A stretch of DNA of 64,000 bases from a virus (taxonomy: Duplodnaviria > Heunggongvirae > Uroviricota > Caudoviricetes): IMG/VR virus record IMGVR_UViG_3300044929_000080. One strand, given 5' to 3'. The translations under genes and the position numbers were made by a program. Below, piece after piece: positions 51,282 to 60,231 of this stretch. Under the pieces are notes generated by a model, which did not search any database, had not been told where the DNA came from, and saw only the letters and a list, made by a program, of their open reading frames with translations. Each line of letters starts with the position of its first letter. Within the stretch, counting starts at the first letter, position 1.

Positions 51282-51329
51282 TTATCGTCGTCTTCGCTTT
51301 AATCCATTAATATATAAAATATTACACAT
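51282..51329 (-). CDS. Putative argS leader peptide MCNILYINGLKRRRR
   Basis: SD GAGGG then ATG ATG (51332/51329); ends AAG CGA AGA CGA CGA TAA, 46 nt before the argS ATG. Confidence 0.7.
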   Translation of the reverse strand: MCNILYINGLKRRRR

Positions 51330-51512
51330 CATATCCCTCAAGAATTTCACAAAAGGAGTAGCAATTAATGAAAATGATTTCAACCTTTTTTAAAAATTAA
51401 CTGCCAATATTATTGCTATGTATGTGGCGATAAATCCAGATGGCAATTAACTGGGCATCATTTACACTTTCTTTGATTTTTGCTTTAATAAATCTGAAAT
51501 AAGGAGATAAAA

Positions 51513-52538
51513 GTGACCGAAAAATTTTTAGTTAGAGTGATCCATGGATCTCATTTGTTTGGAACCAACACCGAAACGTCCGATATGGACATCAAATCGG
51601 TCGTACAGCCAAGCGTAGAAGATATTCTCCTTGGAAATTTTAATTGGTCGAGAGCTATTGGCGCTGATAGCACTCGCGCAAACACCAAGGATGATGTCGA
51701 CGACGAACGTCATGATCTTAAACGCTTCATGCAGCTTCTCACTACGGGACAGCCGATGGCACTTGAAATCCTGTTCGCACCAGATCAGTTCCATGTTGGA
51801 GAGACGCACCCAATATGGAAGGAGTTACAGAACAATTCAAACCTGCTGATTTCGCGGCAATCACAGAAGTTCCTTGGCTATTGCCGTCAGCAAGCAATGT
51901 CTCATGGCCTCAAAGGAGAGCGCCTGGACGCAGCTGAAAAGGTTCAGGTGATCGTCAATCGCCTTGTTGCAAAAGAAGGGCCTAGGAAAATCCTGAAGGA
52001 TTACCTCGATATGATCGTAACAGAGGTTAACTCACCTCACGTATCGGAAGTCTTCAGAACGACTGTCGACGGCAAAAAACTCAGCCATTTAAAAATCTCC
52101 AACAAGCTCGCCGCCGCTACCATCGAATTGAAGGAAGTGAAGGATATCTGCGATAACGTTGTTCAAAACTATGGTCGCCGCGCTCGCATGGCCCAGGAAG
52201 GACAAGGAAAAGACTGGAAAGCTCTCAGCCACGCTTTGCGCATTGGATATGAGGCGCTGGAATTGTTTGAAACCTCTTTTATCACATTTCCCCGACCAGA
52301 AGCGGCATATTTGCTCGACGTCAAACTTGGCAATGTTGACCCTGATGTTGTTGGAAATGAAATCGAAGAACTTCTCTACAAGGTAGAAGATGCCTCAGCA
52401 AATTCGTCACTTCCAGAAAACCCCGATATAGACTTTATGAACAACCTCATCATCCAAACCTATGGCAATGCCGTATTCGAGGAATTTTCTTTAAACAAAG
52501 AATACGCGGAAGACGACCATCATTCGCCTACAATTTGA
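51513..52538 (+). CDS. Pol-beta superfamily nucleotidyltransferase (RlaP/phage-type)
   Basis: 'HGSHLFGTNTETSDMDIK' (GS...DxD), 'KFLGYC..Q', 'KDWKALSHALR'; GTG start with RBS aaggag. Confidence 0.8.
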   Translation: MTEKFLVRVIHGSHLFGTNTETSDMDIKSVVQPSVEDILLGNFNWSRAIGADSTRANTKDDVDDERHDLKRFMQLLTTGQPMALEILFAPDQFHVGETHPIWKELQNNSNLLISRQSQKFLGYCRQQAMSHGLKGERLDAAEKVQVIVNRLVAKEGPRKILKDYLDMIVTEVNSPHVSEVFRTTVDGKKLSHLKISNKLAAATIELKEVKDICDNVVQNYGRRARMAQEGQGKDWKALSHALRIGYEALELFETSFITFPRPEAAYLLDVKLGNVDPDVVGNEIEELLYKVEDASANSSLPENPDIDFMNNLIIQTYGNAVFEEFSLNKEYAEDDHHSPTI

Positions 52539-52543
52539 AACTT

Positions 52544-52587
52544 TCTAGAAGGGCTGTGATTTTATATTTGAACCGCAGCTCTTCTGG
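52544..52587 (+). terminator. 15-bp RNA hairpin with three G-U pairs
   Basis: TCTAGAAGGGCTGTG...CGCAGCTCTTCTGGA between co-oriented genes. Confidence 0.5.
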
Positions 52588-52595
52588 ATATTATA

Positions 52596-53696
52596 ATGCG
52601 TATTAGAAAACCAAATTTTTATATTGACTCATTTCGGAATACCCCGCGTATTCTCGCCAACGACATTGCTATTTGCCTGTCATCTCCTTCCGTTCAGGAA
52701 ATTATAGATGAAGTTTCCAAGAAATATTATTTACCAGCTTTTCAAAACAACAGACGCGAAGAAAACAGATTACTCGCCAATCAGGTTGCAACCGTTTTTT
52801 TCAAAACAGCTGATATAGATTTGGCATTGTCCAGCGTGAAGCCAATGGAAGCATCAGACGAAATTCTGGCCGATTGGAAAAATGAAATCAAAAATCTCAG
52901 GGCATTCCATCTCGTCAAAGATGCCATCGTTGATATGATGCGAGAGCTTCATGATCAGGAATGCGCTGATCGGGTTGAGAATACCGTTTCCGAAGCAATT
53001 TTGAATACAACTATTGAATCGGGAAGAAATCACGACGCTAGTAAACCACTGGATGCAATTAAAGGCATTCAGACAATATGCGCATATGTACCGCTATCTC
53101 ACGAGAAATCAGATCACGCAGACGTCTTTACGACATTCTGGTCAGATAGAAGCAATTCAACAACGATCAAGCCAAGTAAGGAATTCCTGGAGTTTCTAAA
53201 ATTAGCCAACATATCCACGAGCGAATGGAAAGACGCCGTTCTGGAAATCCATGATGTCGATCTTGAAGGAAGCCTGGATGATGATGCCTTCACATTTGAA
53301 ATCGAACGAGTTCATGCTTGGCAAAAAACCCATCAAGATGCAGATGACAGCAAACCATCACTCGTAGATGTCGAGGAACTTGTGTACGCCATCGACAATT
53401 GTCCATTTGGCTTTACGCCATTGGTATCATTCAGCATGCCAATTGAAGAACTGGTTCATCGTGACTGGAATGAGCCTATAAAGCTCACTGGAGGAATTTT
53501 AGGATTGCATGATTTCATCAATGGAAGCGGCGATCCCCTGCGATTTGAAGGCGAAATCGAACTATCACCGACGATTTCGAACATGATGGCTGCAGGAGCA
53601 CGAGCCAACGACATAGCGTCGGTACATGGCTTTGTAGATCAGAGCTTCAAATCACTCGTTGAAGACATAACGCCTGAGCGTCGCCTGGCCATGTGA
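52596..53696 (+). CDS. Hypothetical protein
   Basis: 366 aa ORF. Confidence 0.7.
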   Translation: MRIRKPNFYIDSFRNTPRILANDIAICLSSPSVQEIIDEVSKKYYLPAFQNNRREENRLLANQVATVFFKTADIDLALSSVKPMEASDEILADWKNEIKNLRAFHLVKDAIVDMMRELHDQECADRVENTVSEAILNTTIESGRNHDASKPLDAIKGIQTICAYVPLSHEKSDHADVFTTFWSDRSNSTTIKPSKEFLEFLKLANISTSEWKDAVLEIHDVDLEGSLDDDAFTFEIERVHAWQKTHQDADDSKPSLVDVEELVYAIDNCPFGFTPLVSFSMPIEELVHRDWNEPIKLTGGILGLHDFINGSGDPLRFEGEIELSPTISNMMAAGARANDIASVHGFVDQSFKSLVEDITPERRLAM

Positions 53697-53702
53697 CACA
53701 GA

Positions 53703-53728
53703 CTGCACCGATCATGGATTCGGTGCAG
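53703..53728. terminator. Terminator between convergent genes
   Basis: CTGCACCGA...TCGGTGCAG followed by cttcttttt. Confidence 0.7.
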
Positions 53729-54200
53729 CTTCTTTTTCAAGAGGTTCAACGACTTGAACCGTTAGCGTGCGGCCGATCACTTCGGCGAATTCCTTGGCAT
53801 GTTTTGACAGGTTGCGGCGGTGCTCTTCGAAACACTCCAGCTCGAATTTGTCTCCTGAATAGGAACCTACGCGTCCCCACCCCATTCGATAGGCAATCTG
53901 ACGCACTTCACGCTCGACCTCGTCGCTCAATGTGAGCGGGGTCTCGTAATATTCATGCCATTGGCGACCGGATTCGCGAAAAGCCTCGATCTGAGGTTCG
54001 GTGTGTTCTTCATAATGCGGCTTCAACAGCTCCGTGACCTCGGGAATGAGCCATTCGTTCTCTATGAAGAAGCTGCCATGCTCCCACAACTGGGTACCGT
54101 GGATAACCCCCTTAGGATCGAGCCAGCCAACCTTGGTATGGCCTCGCTTAAAAAAGCCGGATACGTAGTCATTTTGATAAACATCGTCCGTCATTGTCAC
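53712..54200 (-). CDS. Hypothetical protein
   Basis: 162 aa; 'GWLDPKG' motif; 4-nt overlap with upstream gene. Confidence 0.65.
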   Translation of the reverse strand: MTMTDDVYQNDYVSGFFKRGHTKVGWLDPKGVIHGTQLWEHGSFFIENEWLIPEVTELLKPHYEEHTEPQIEAFRESGRQWHEYYETPLTLSDEVEREVRQIAYRMGWGRVGSYSGDKFELECFEEHRRNLSKHAKEFAEVIGRTLTVQVVEPLEKEAAPNP

Positions 54201-55579
54201 ATTCTCCCGCGCTGGAGATCGTAGCCACGATTAATGAGTTCCATCTCAACGTCATTCAATGCTCTGGTCAGACGATTGATCATTGATCTTTCCGTACCAA
54301 GTTTCAAATCGACAAATTCGTAGTCTTCAGCTTCATTCATTCTCAATGTGAAGGTGGGGTGAATTTTATCAATAGCGGACAAATCAGTATCGGCATTAAC
54401 TAAATACAACGATAATTCATTCACGACGTCGCCAAAAATCTCATATCGCAAGACATACTGATCAGAAGCATTTTTAAAGGAAATGATGCCGCAATTTTCA
54501 TGACCCGACAGGAGGCTGATATGCCCGTCGTCGTGGTCGATAGCCTCAAATACCTCACCGTCCACAAAACCTTGCTCAATTAGCTGCTCAACAAGATTGG
54601 GGAGAGATTCAAAACCGTCCGCAATTGCAACACGTAGCTGAGCTTTTCGATGACCATCCAACAGCGGTCGGCTACGATCCCCTATGAAACCCTGATCGAG
54701 ATAGACAGCGCGCTGGCCAGCCTCACAAAGCAAATAGGTCTTCCCGAAACCAAAGTCCTGGTATTTGGCTGACGCAACGGTTTCTGCGCGAACCGCAACG
54801 GCCTTCTCATATCCTTTAGCCTTGAGGATATCCTCGATGACCTTTAGGCCTTCGATAAGTCCTTCAGTGGAGATGCGTCCGATACGGCCATGTGCCACAA
54901 AGTCAGGGTCCTCAACTTCATTTATTTCAATTGATGCGATCAGACCGTTAAATGGTGAAGCATCGGAGCCTAACTCCTGTAAAATCTCAGACAGGTCGCC
55001 ACCGAAACAGTAGAATTCCTCCGACAAAGGGGAAGACGATAATCCATAAATGGAAATTTTCTTGATCCAGGAGTTTTCATCTGGATCAACATAATCTGAA
55101 TCTGGGCCGTCCTTGACCTCGCCCCGCAGTCGCTTGATCACTGAAGTCAACAGCATCGTCTGCCGTTCTTTTCTCGTTTTGGCATCATCAAGCCCAGCAA
55201 AGCGAACTTTAAACGCTTCTGGCTTCAGCTCTTTCCTCGTTTCGACGACAAAGAGATACCCTTCATCGCGCGCAGAAGACGCCTCATCCACAACGTTATG
55301 CGACCTAACGGTAAATGCGAATTTATTGACGCGGGGATTTTCCATTCGAGTAAGAACCCATCCTCCTGCAATCGATGGGTCACCAACGTCCATGTTTCGC
55401 ACGAGGCTGTAAATGGAGGTACACTGCGAATCTAAAGCACTTTGGACGACAGTCTCAAACAGCCGCTCCTGATCACTGTCAAAATAGCTCTGCGCTCCAT
55501 ATTTTACATCTCGAAAATATTCAGCCATCGATCCGTCTGTTTCGGCCGATTTAGCACTACGCAGAAATTTTTCTTCCAT
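54197..55579 (-). CDS. Hypothetical protein
   Basis: Start ATG 55579 with RBS gagga; 460 aa. Confidence 0.7.
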   Translation of the reverse strand: MEEKFLRSAKSAETDGSMAEYFRDVKYGAQSYFDSDQERLFETVVQSALDSQCTSIYSLVRNMDVGDPSIAGGWVLTRMENPRVNKFAFTVRSHNVVDEASSARDEGYLFVVETRKELKPEAFKVRFAGLDDAKTRKERQTMLLTSVIKRLRGEVKDGPDSDYVDPDENSWIKKISIYGLSSSPLSEEFYCFGGDLSEILQELGSDASPFNGLIASIEINEVEDPDFVAHGRIGRISTEGLIEGLKVIEDILKAKGYEKAVAVRAETVASAKYQDFGFGKTYLLCEAGQRAVYLDQGFIGDRSRPLLDGHRKAQLRVAIADGFESLPNLVEQLIEQGFVDGEVFEAIDHDDGHISLLSGHENCGIISFKNASDQYVLRYEIFGDVVNELSLYLVNADTDLSAIDKIHPTFTLRMNEAEDYEFVDLKLGTERSMINRLTRALNDVEMELINRGYDLQRGRM

Positions 55580-55711
55580 GATATTTTCCTCAATTCTCCT
55601 TGAATAATACATGAGCGAGATGAAAACCAGAACCATGATGCGAAATAAATAAGTGGCATAATCGCCACAGGTGCATTATATTTATAACGAATTGAAACAT
55701 ACGGTGAATGA

Positions 55712-56692
55712 ATGACTATTCTTGTGACAGGTGGGGCGGGCTATATAGGCAGTCACGTAGTTCTCGAACTTATAAATTCCGGACAGGAGGTCGTAATTCT
55801 TGACGATCTTTCTGTCGGTCGCAGATCATCCCTTGATAATGACGTAATGCTATATATGGGAGATATAGGCGACACTGGTCTGGTGACAAGAATTATCCTG
55901 GCGCATGACGTCAAAGCAGTGATCCACCTTGCAGCTATGACGTCCGTTCCATATTCCGTCGCAAATCCGGATGAGACGTATCTTACCAACACAATCAAAT
56001 CGCAGGCATTCCTCGAAGCGTGCCTTACGGCAGGTGTCTGCAGATTTGTCTTTTCATCTGTTTCAGCGGTTTATGGAGAGCCGCAGACACATCAGGTGAC
56101 TGAAGGCCAGCCAATCGCACCAAACACGCCATATGGTGGCTCTAAAGCCGCATTTGAGGAGATTATCACCGAGGCGCATGATCGATACGACTTCACCCAT
56201 GCAATCGTCAGATGCTTCAACGTCGCAGGCGTGGACAAAGAACAGCGTGTTCCACAGTGGCCAGACAGCCCGACCCATTTGGTTAAACTCGCAGCAATGG
56301 CCGCCATAGGCATGTCCGACTCCATTTCAATCAATGGGACTGACTACAGCACCCACGATGGAACCTGTGTCCGTGATTATATTCACGTGTCCGATGCCGC
56401 ACGCGGCCATATCCAGGCTCTCGAATATCTTCAGGCTGGAAAACCATCCACAACCATCAATCTTGGTTCAGGCTTTGGAACGTCAGTGATGGAAATAATT
56501 AAAACCGCGCAAAAACTTGGAACGCATGAATTTGAAATAATAGAAAAATCCAGAAGAGAAGGCGATCCCGCTATATTGGTTGCCGAAATTAGTCATGCGA
56601 AAAATACAATTAATTGGAATCCTAAATATTCAGATATTGAAGTAATCATTAATTCAGCTATAGAGTGGGAGAAGACTTGCGCAGGGATATAA
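55712..56692 (+). CDS. galE: UDP-glucose 4-epimerase
   Basis: 'TGGAGYIGSH', 'FSS.SAVYG', 'PYGGSK', 'DGTCVRDYIHV'. Confidence 0.92.
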   Translation: MTILVTGGAGYIGSHVVLELINSGQEVVILDDLSVGRRSSLDNDVMLYMGDIGDTGLVTRIILAHDVKAVIHLAAMTSVPYSVANPDETYLTNTIKSQAFLEACLTAGVCRFVFSSVSAVYGEPQTHQVTEGQPIAPNTPYGGSKAAFEEIITEAHDRYDFTHAIVRCFNVAGVDKEQRVPQWPDSPTHLVKLAAMAAIGMSDSISINGTDYSTHDGTCVRDYIHVSDAARGHIQALEYLQAGKPSTTINLGSGFGTSVMEIIKTAQKLGTHEFEIIEKSRREGDPAILVAEISHAKNTINWNPKYSDIEVIINSAIEWEKTCAGI

Positions 56693-56698
56693 AAACAA

Positions 56699-56878
56699 AT
56701 GGATCGAAACACGTCCTATAATTATGATTTAAATCCTCGATCTTCTGGCACATGGAAGATAGCCGTTATGGGGTCTGCATGTGCCGGATTTATTATTTTA
56801 ATCGCAGCACTATGCGCTGAAAGCTCCAATAAAAAGGTCGCCATGGAAACGACCGTGACTACCCATTCAATACATTAG
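56699..56878 (+). CDS. Small single-TM protein (59 aa) below track cutoff
   Basis: MDRNTSYNYDLNPRSSGTWKIAVMGSACAGFIILIAALCAESSNKK...; fills the gap between galE and a convergent gene. Confidence 0.5.
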   Translation: MDRNTSYNYDLNPRSSGTWKIAVMGSACAGFIILIAALCAESSNKKVAMETTVTTHSIH

Positions 56879-56884
56879 AAAAAT

Positions 56885-57304
56885 TCATATTTTATTGGGA
56901 ACATTATCCCATTCCTTTTGGGACAAATAAGATTCCAGCAATTTCCGAATATTTTCTGCTCCGACAGGATTTGCGGAGTGAACTTCATAGTCAAATTCTC
57001 GTGGCATTGTATGCAAATCAAGATCAAGATTTATCAAATACTTAGCCACATCAACCCCTGTTTCTTTTGATGCAATATCATGATCAAATGAAACAAATGA
57101 CGGAAATCCAAGAACATTGATCGCTTCGATAGCTTCGTCATAATTCTTGGCTATGACCCAATCTCCAAGGTGTTGCAATAAAGGCGGATTTTTAGGAAGT
57201 CCGGCCCGGAGACGCCACCCAGGATTTTCTACGGAAATATCTGGTCTGCGAACATCATCAGCATCATCGTCGAGATAAAGCCTCCAATGAGTATTTTCTC
57301 TCAT
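56885..57304 (-). CDS. Cyclic-phosphate-processing receiver-like domain protein
   Basis: 'LYLDD', 'VSFDHD', 'TGVDVAKYL', 'VHSANPVGAENI'; start ATG 57304. Confidence 0.75.
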   Translation of the reverse strand: MRENTHWRLYLDDDADDVRRPDISVENPGWRLRAGLPKNPPLLQHLGDWVIAKNYDEAIEAINVLGFPSFVSFDHDIASKETGVDVAKYLINLDLDLHTMPREFDYEVHSANPVGAENIRKLLESYLSQKEWDNVPNKI

Positions 57305-57435
57305 TTCACTCTTCCTTATTTTGAATAAATACCAATTATCACAATAATTACGAAAAATCACGTTAAGATTTCTTGTGATAAGCAACCATGAGAATGAAAA
57401 TATTCTGGATAACGTCTCAATAGATCGGTTCCCTT

Positions 57436-58407
57436 ATGAATTTCGCAGGTTGCTCCAAGTTTACATTTTCAGACCTCGTTATTTTACGTCAGAAACCTGA
57501 CGGAAATTGGGAAGGCTCTTTTGTTGAAGGAGACGCTGTTCAATACACAAACGATCAGATGCAAAATGCAATCTGTATAGTCCCGGAAAATGCTGAGGGC
57601 GCTGGTATGTGGGCTGTTCGTGACCCCTTTCGACCAGAGGCAATACGCTATTCCATAGATTTCGATGAAAAAGTAGTCCACATAGAAAACGCCTCCAGAC
57701 CGATGTCATTGGATGAATTTCAAAAATCAGCCATACGTGTGTCCGATAAAGGTGCATCATTATGCTCCTTCATGCAAAACTTATCCGATCAATATGTATC
57801 CTGTCATGGCGTGGAAGGCGCGGAGCTGCATGTCATGGATATCGGCATGACGGCGCAGAACCTGCGAGATTCTGAATTAAAAGAAGACAAATATGATGTA
57901 GGAATGTTCGACATCGTATCGAGCGATCTGCGTGACGGCCTTTCGTTTATGGAGATTTTAGCAAAGATTAACGCAAAGAATGCTCCAACTTACGAAAGTC
58001 TGGGTCTCAAAGATCTCTATTCTGACCACCATGATGGGCGCTGGTCTGAGATCAGAGAACACCCGCAGTTCATGGTCGAACAGATCAGAGCGTTGTTCGG
58101 GTCTTTCATGGAGCCCCTTCTCGACGGTTTTCCAATTGAGCGCGTATCGTGCCTGCAATTACCTGCGGGCGAGCCTCTGGCAATGTTCATTGAAGAACAT
58201 GCAGACCTTATTTCGCAAAATGCTCCATTCGATGGCGGCAACATCATGCCTTACAGGACATCACCTGTTGGTCATTACCGTGGCTACAACCAAGAAAAAG
58301 ACGAGCATTTCGACGTCATAGTCTTTTCAGACTTCATGGGGACATACGCCTATGCGTGGCCCACACCGGAAGAAATGAAATTTCAAAACAAAGCGCCTGT
58401 AATGTGA
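57436..58407 (+). CDS. Hypothetical protein
   Basis: 323 aa ORF. Confidence 0.65.
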   Translation: MNFAGCSKFTFSDLVILRQKPDGNWEGSFVEGDAVQYTNDQMQNAICIVPENAEGAGMWAVRDPFRPEAIRYSIDFDEKVVHIENASRPMSLDEFQKSAIRVSDKGASLCSFMQNLSDQYVSCHGVEGAELHVMDIGMTAQNLRDSELKEDKYDVGMFDIVSSDLRDGLSFMEILAKINAKNAPTYESLGLKDLYSDHHDGRWSEIREHPQFMVEQIRALFGSFMEPLLDGFPIERVSCLQLPAGEPLAMFIEEHADLISQNAPFDGGNIMPYRTSPVGHYRGYNQEKDEHFDVIVFSDFMGTYAYAWPTPEEMKFQNKAPVM

Positions 58408-58420
58408 TAAAGGAGGAAAC

Positions 58421-60178
58421 ATGTCTGACACAGTAAGAACAAATAAGATTGAAGATGCAGGTGAATTCATTGCAGGCGCAAGAAAAGATTGGCACCTCAA
58501 GGCGATGTCGCGCGCTGACATAGAAACAATGACGGACGAGGAAATTGTCCTTAACGTCAAAAAAGACAATATTTGGCCAAAGCCAGACTATGAAAAACTG
58601 GTCGAAAATGGAATGGAGCCAAAGGCTGCAGCTCTCGTGAAGATCATCCGTGATCAAATGGCCCAAACACCTGGAGCATGGCGCGGGATTGATCCGATGG
58701 GTGGCCGCAAATCGTTCGTCGATCTGGTTGGATTTGTAAGAGACATAGCGACGTCTTGCAAGACAGTAGAGGACGTCGTGGGCATATATAGAAAATATGA
58801 GGATCATGCCAAGGAAAACAACATTGGTAATGATAAATGGGTCATCAACAAATCGAGAAGCAGCCCTCTTCATCTCAATTACAACAATGTCCGCAAAGCA
58901 GAGGACATGATCAAAGCAGGATTCCCAGCCAAAGAAAATGACTGGAAACGCAATTTGAAAGTCCTAAAGGGATGGGGCGGTTTCACGTTATTGCGCTCTA
59001 AATCAGTCGTGAAAAGTGGCTTCGAAAGCGAAGAAGCTGCATGGGAATGGGCAAAGGAGAACGCCACAAAGCGTACCGTTCAAAAATCTGATAAGAAAAA
59101 AGAATTCAAAAGACCTCATCTGGACAAACTTGAACGCTCAAACATGTCATATGACCGCCAAGGCCAGGATGTATCGGCAGATGATTTTCTGGAAGCATTT
59201 GGATTTCGCGGTGTTCAATTTGGAAACTGGCTTCCGGACGGGGAACGGCAACAAGTTCTAAATCTAGGTTATGAAGCGTTAATGGACCTTGCAGAGGTAA
59301 TGGGCTGGGAACCAAAAGCATTGTCACTCGACGGTACGCTCGGTGTAGCTTTCGGCGCACGTGGTACAGGAAGAGCCGCCGCCCATTATGAACCAGGACA
59401 GCGCGTGATCAATATGACCAAGCTCTCAGGCGCGGGTTCACTTGCACATGAATTCGCACATGCACTGGACCACTGGCTGGGAACAGGAACGACAATCCAG
59501 GTGCCTGGTGGGATTCCATCTGCAACTGGCTGGGATACCCACAATCTTGATCCAAGAAAGCTCTTGCCTCATCGAAGCGAAAACATTGGAAATGTTTTCG
59601 GGGATACGATGAAGACTATATACAGAAGAAAATTATCTAAGGATGAGAAACTTGGGCGACTTAGCTCTAGCCTGGTTAAAAACAAAACTGAGTTTGATAA
59701 ATATTATAAGATAACTCAAAAATTAATCGAAAACGGTCAACAAAAATCCAAGAGAAAATACTTTAAAGACTTGAACGACTGGCTTAAAGATACTAAGACC
59801 CGTATCGATTATCTCGAAGAAACAATTAAGCAAATCAACGAAGGAACGCTCGTTGATTTCGGAACCGACAATAGCGATTACTATAACGAAGCACAAAAAT
59901 TATGCGGTTCTTCTGATTACTACAAACGTCCAAATGAATTGTTCGCCAGAGCATTTGAATGTTGGATATATGACGAAATTCATGACACGGGAGGTTCGTC
60001 TGATTATCTCGTTCACAGTGTAGGCGACGATCCTAAGGCTGCAGAGGTATTCAAGGGCAACCCGTATCCATCTGGCGATGAACGCAAATCAATTGGCGCT
60101 CATATGAAAGAGATCGCTGAGACCGTAAAACCGGATGCTGAATTAACTCTTGCTTCTTCGGGAACACCACATTTGTGA
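58421..60178 (+). CDS. Polyvalent protein with LPD5-like N-terminus, zincin-like HExxH and LPD1 domain
   Basis: 'IEDAGEFIAGARKD', 'FRGVQFGNW', 'AFGARG', 'SLAHEFAHALD', 'RPNELFARAFE'. Confidence 0.85.
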   Translation: MSDTVRTNKIEDAGEFIAGARKDWHLKAMSRADIETMTDEEIVLNVKKDNIWPKPDYEKLVENGMEPKAAALVKIIRDQMAQTPGAWRGIDPMGGRKSFVDLVGFVRDIATSCKTVEDVVGIYRKYEDHAKENNIGNDKWVINKSRSSPLHLNYNNVRKAEDMIKAGFPAKENDWKRNLKVLKGWGGFTLLRSKSVVKSGFESEEAAWEWAKENATKRTVQKSDKKKEFKRPHLDKLERSNMSYDRQGQDVSADDFLEAFGFRGVQFGNWLPDGERQQVLNLGYEALMDLAEVMGWEPKALSLDGTLGVAFGARGTGRAAAHYEPGQRVINMTKLSGAGSLAHEFAHALDHWLGTGTTIQVPGGIPSATGWDTHNLDPRKLLPHRSENIGNVFGDTMKTIYRRKLSKDEKLGRLSSSLVKNKTEFDKYYKITQKLIENGQQKSKRKYFKDLNDWLKDTKTRIDYLEETIKQINEGTLVDFGTDNSDYYNEAQKLCGSSDYYKRPNELFARAFECWIYDEIHDTGGSSDYLVHSVGDDPKAAEVFKGNPYPSGDERKSIGAHMKEIAETVKPDAELTLASSGTPHL

Positions 60179-60187
60179 ACAAAGAAA

Positions 60188-60217
60188 AACGGCGTTGAGA
60201 TCACTCTCAACGCCGTT
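60188..60217. terminator. Bidirectional terminator
   Basis: AACGGCGTTGAGA-tcac-TCTCAACGCCGTT, 13-bp perfect arms between convergent genes. Confidence 0.85.
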
Positions 60218-60231
60218 CCCGTTGCCCGAGA

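Noticed and set aside
51299-51307. Mini-ORF ATG GAT TAA on the minus strand inside the argS leader
   Set aside because: Two codons with no SD; kept only as a caveat if the real TSS is downstream of the longer leader start.
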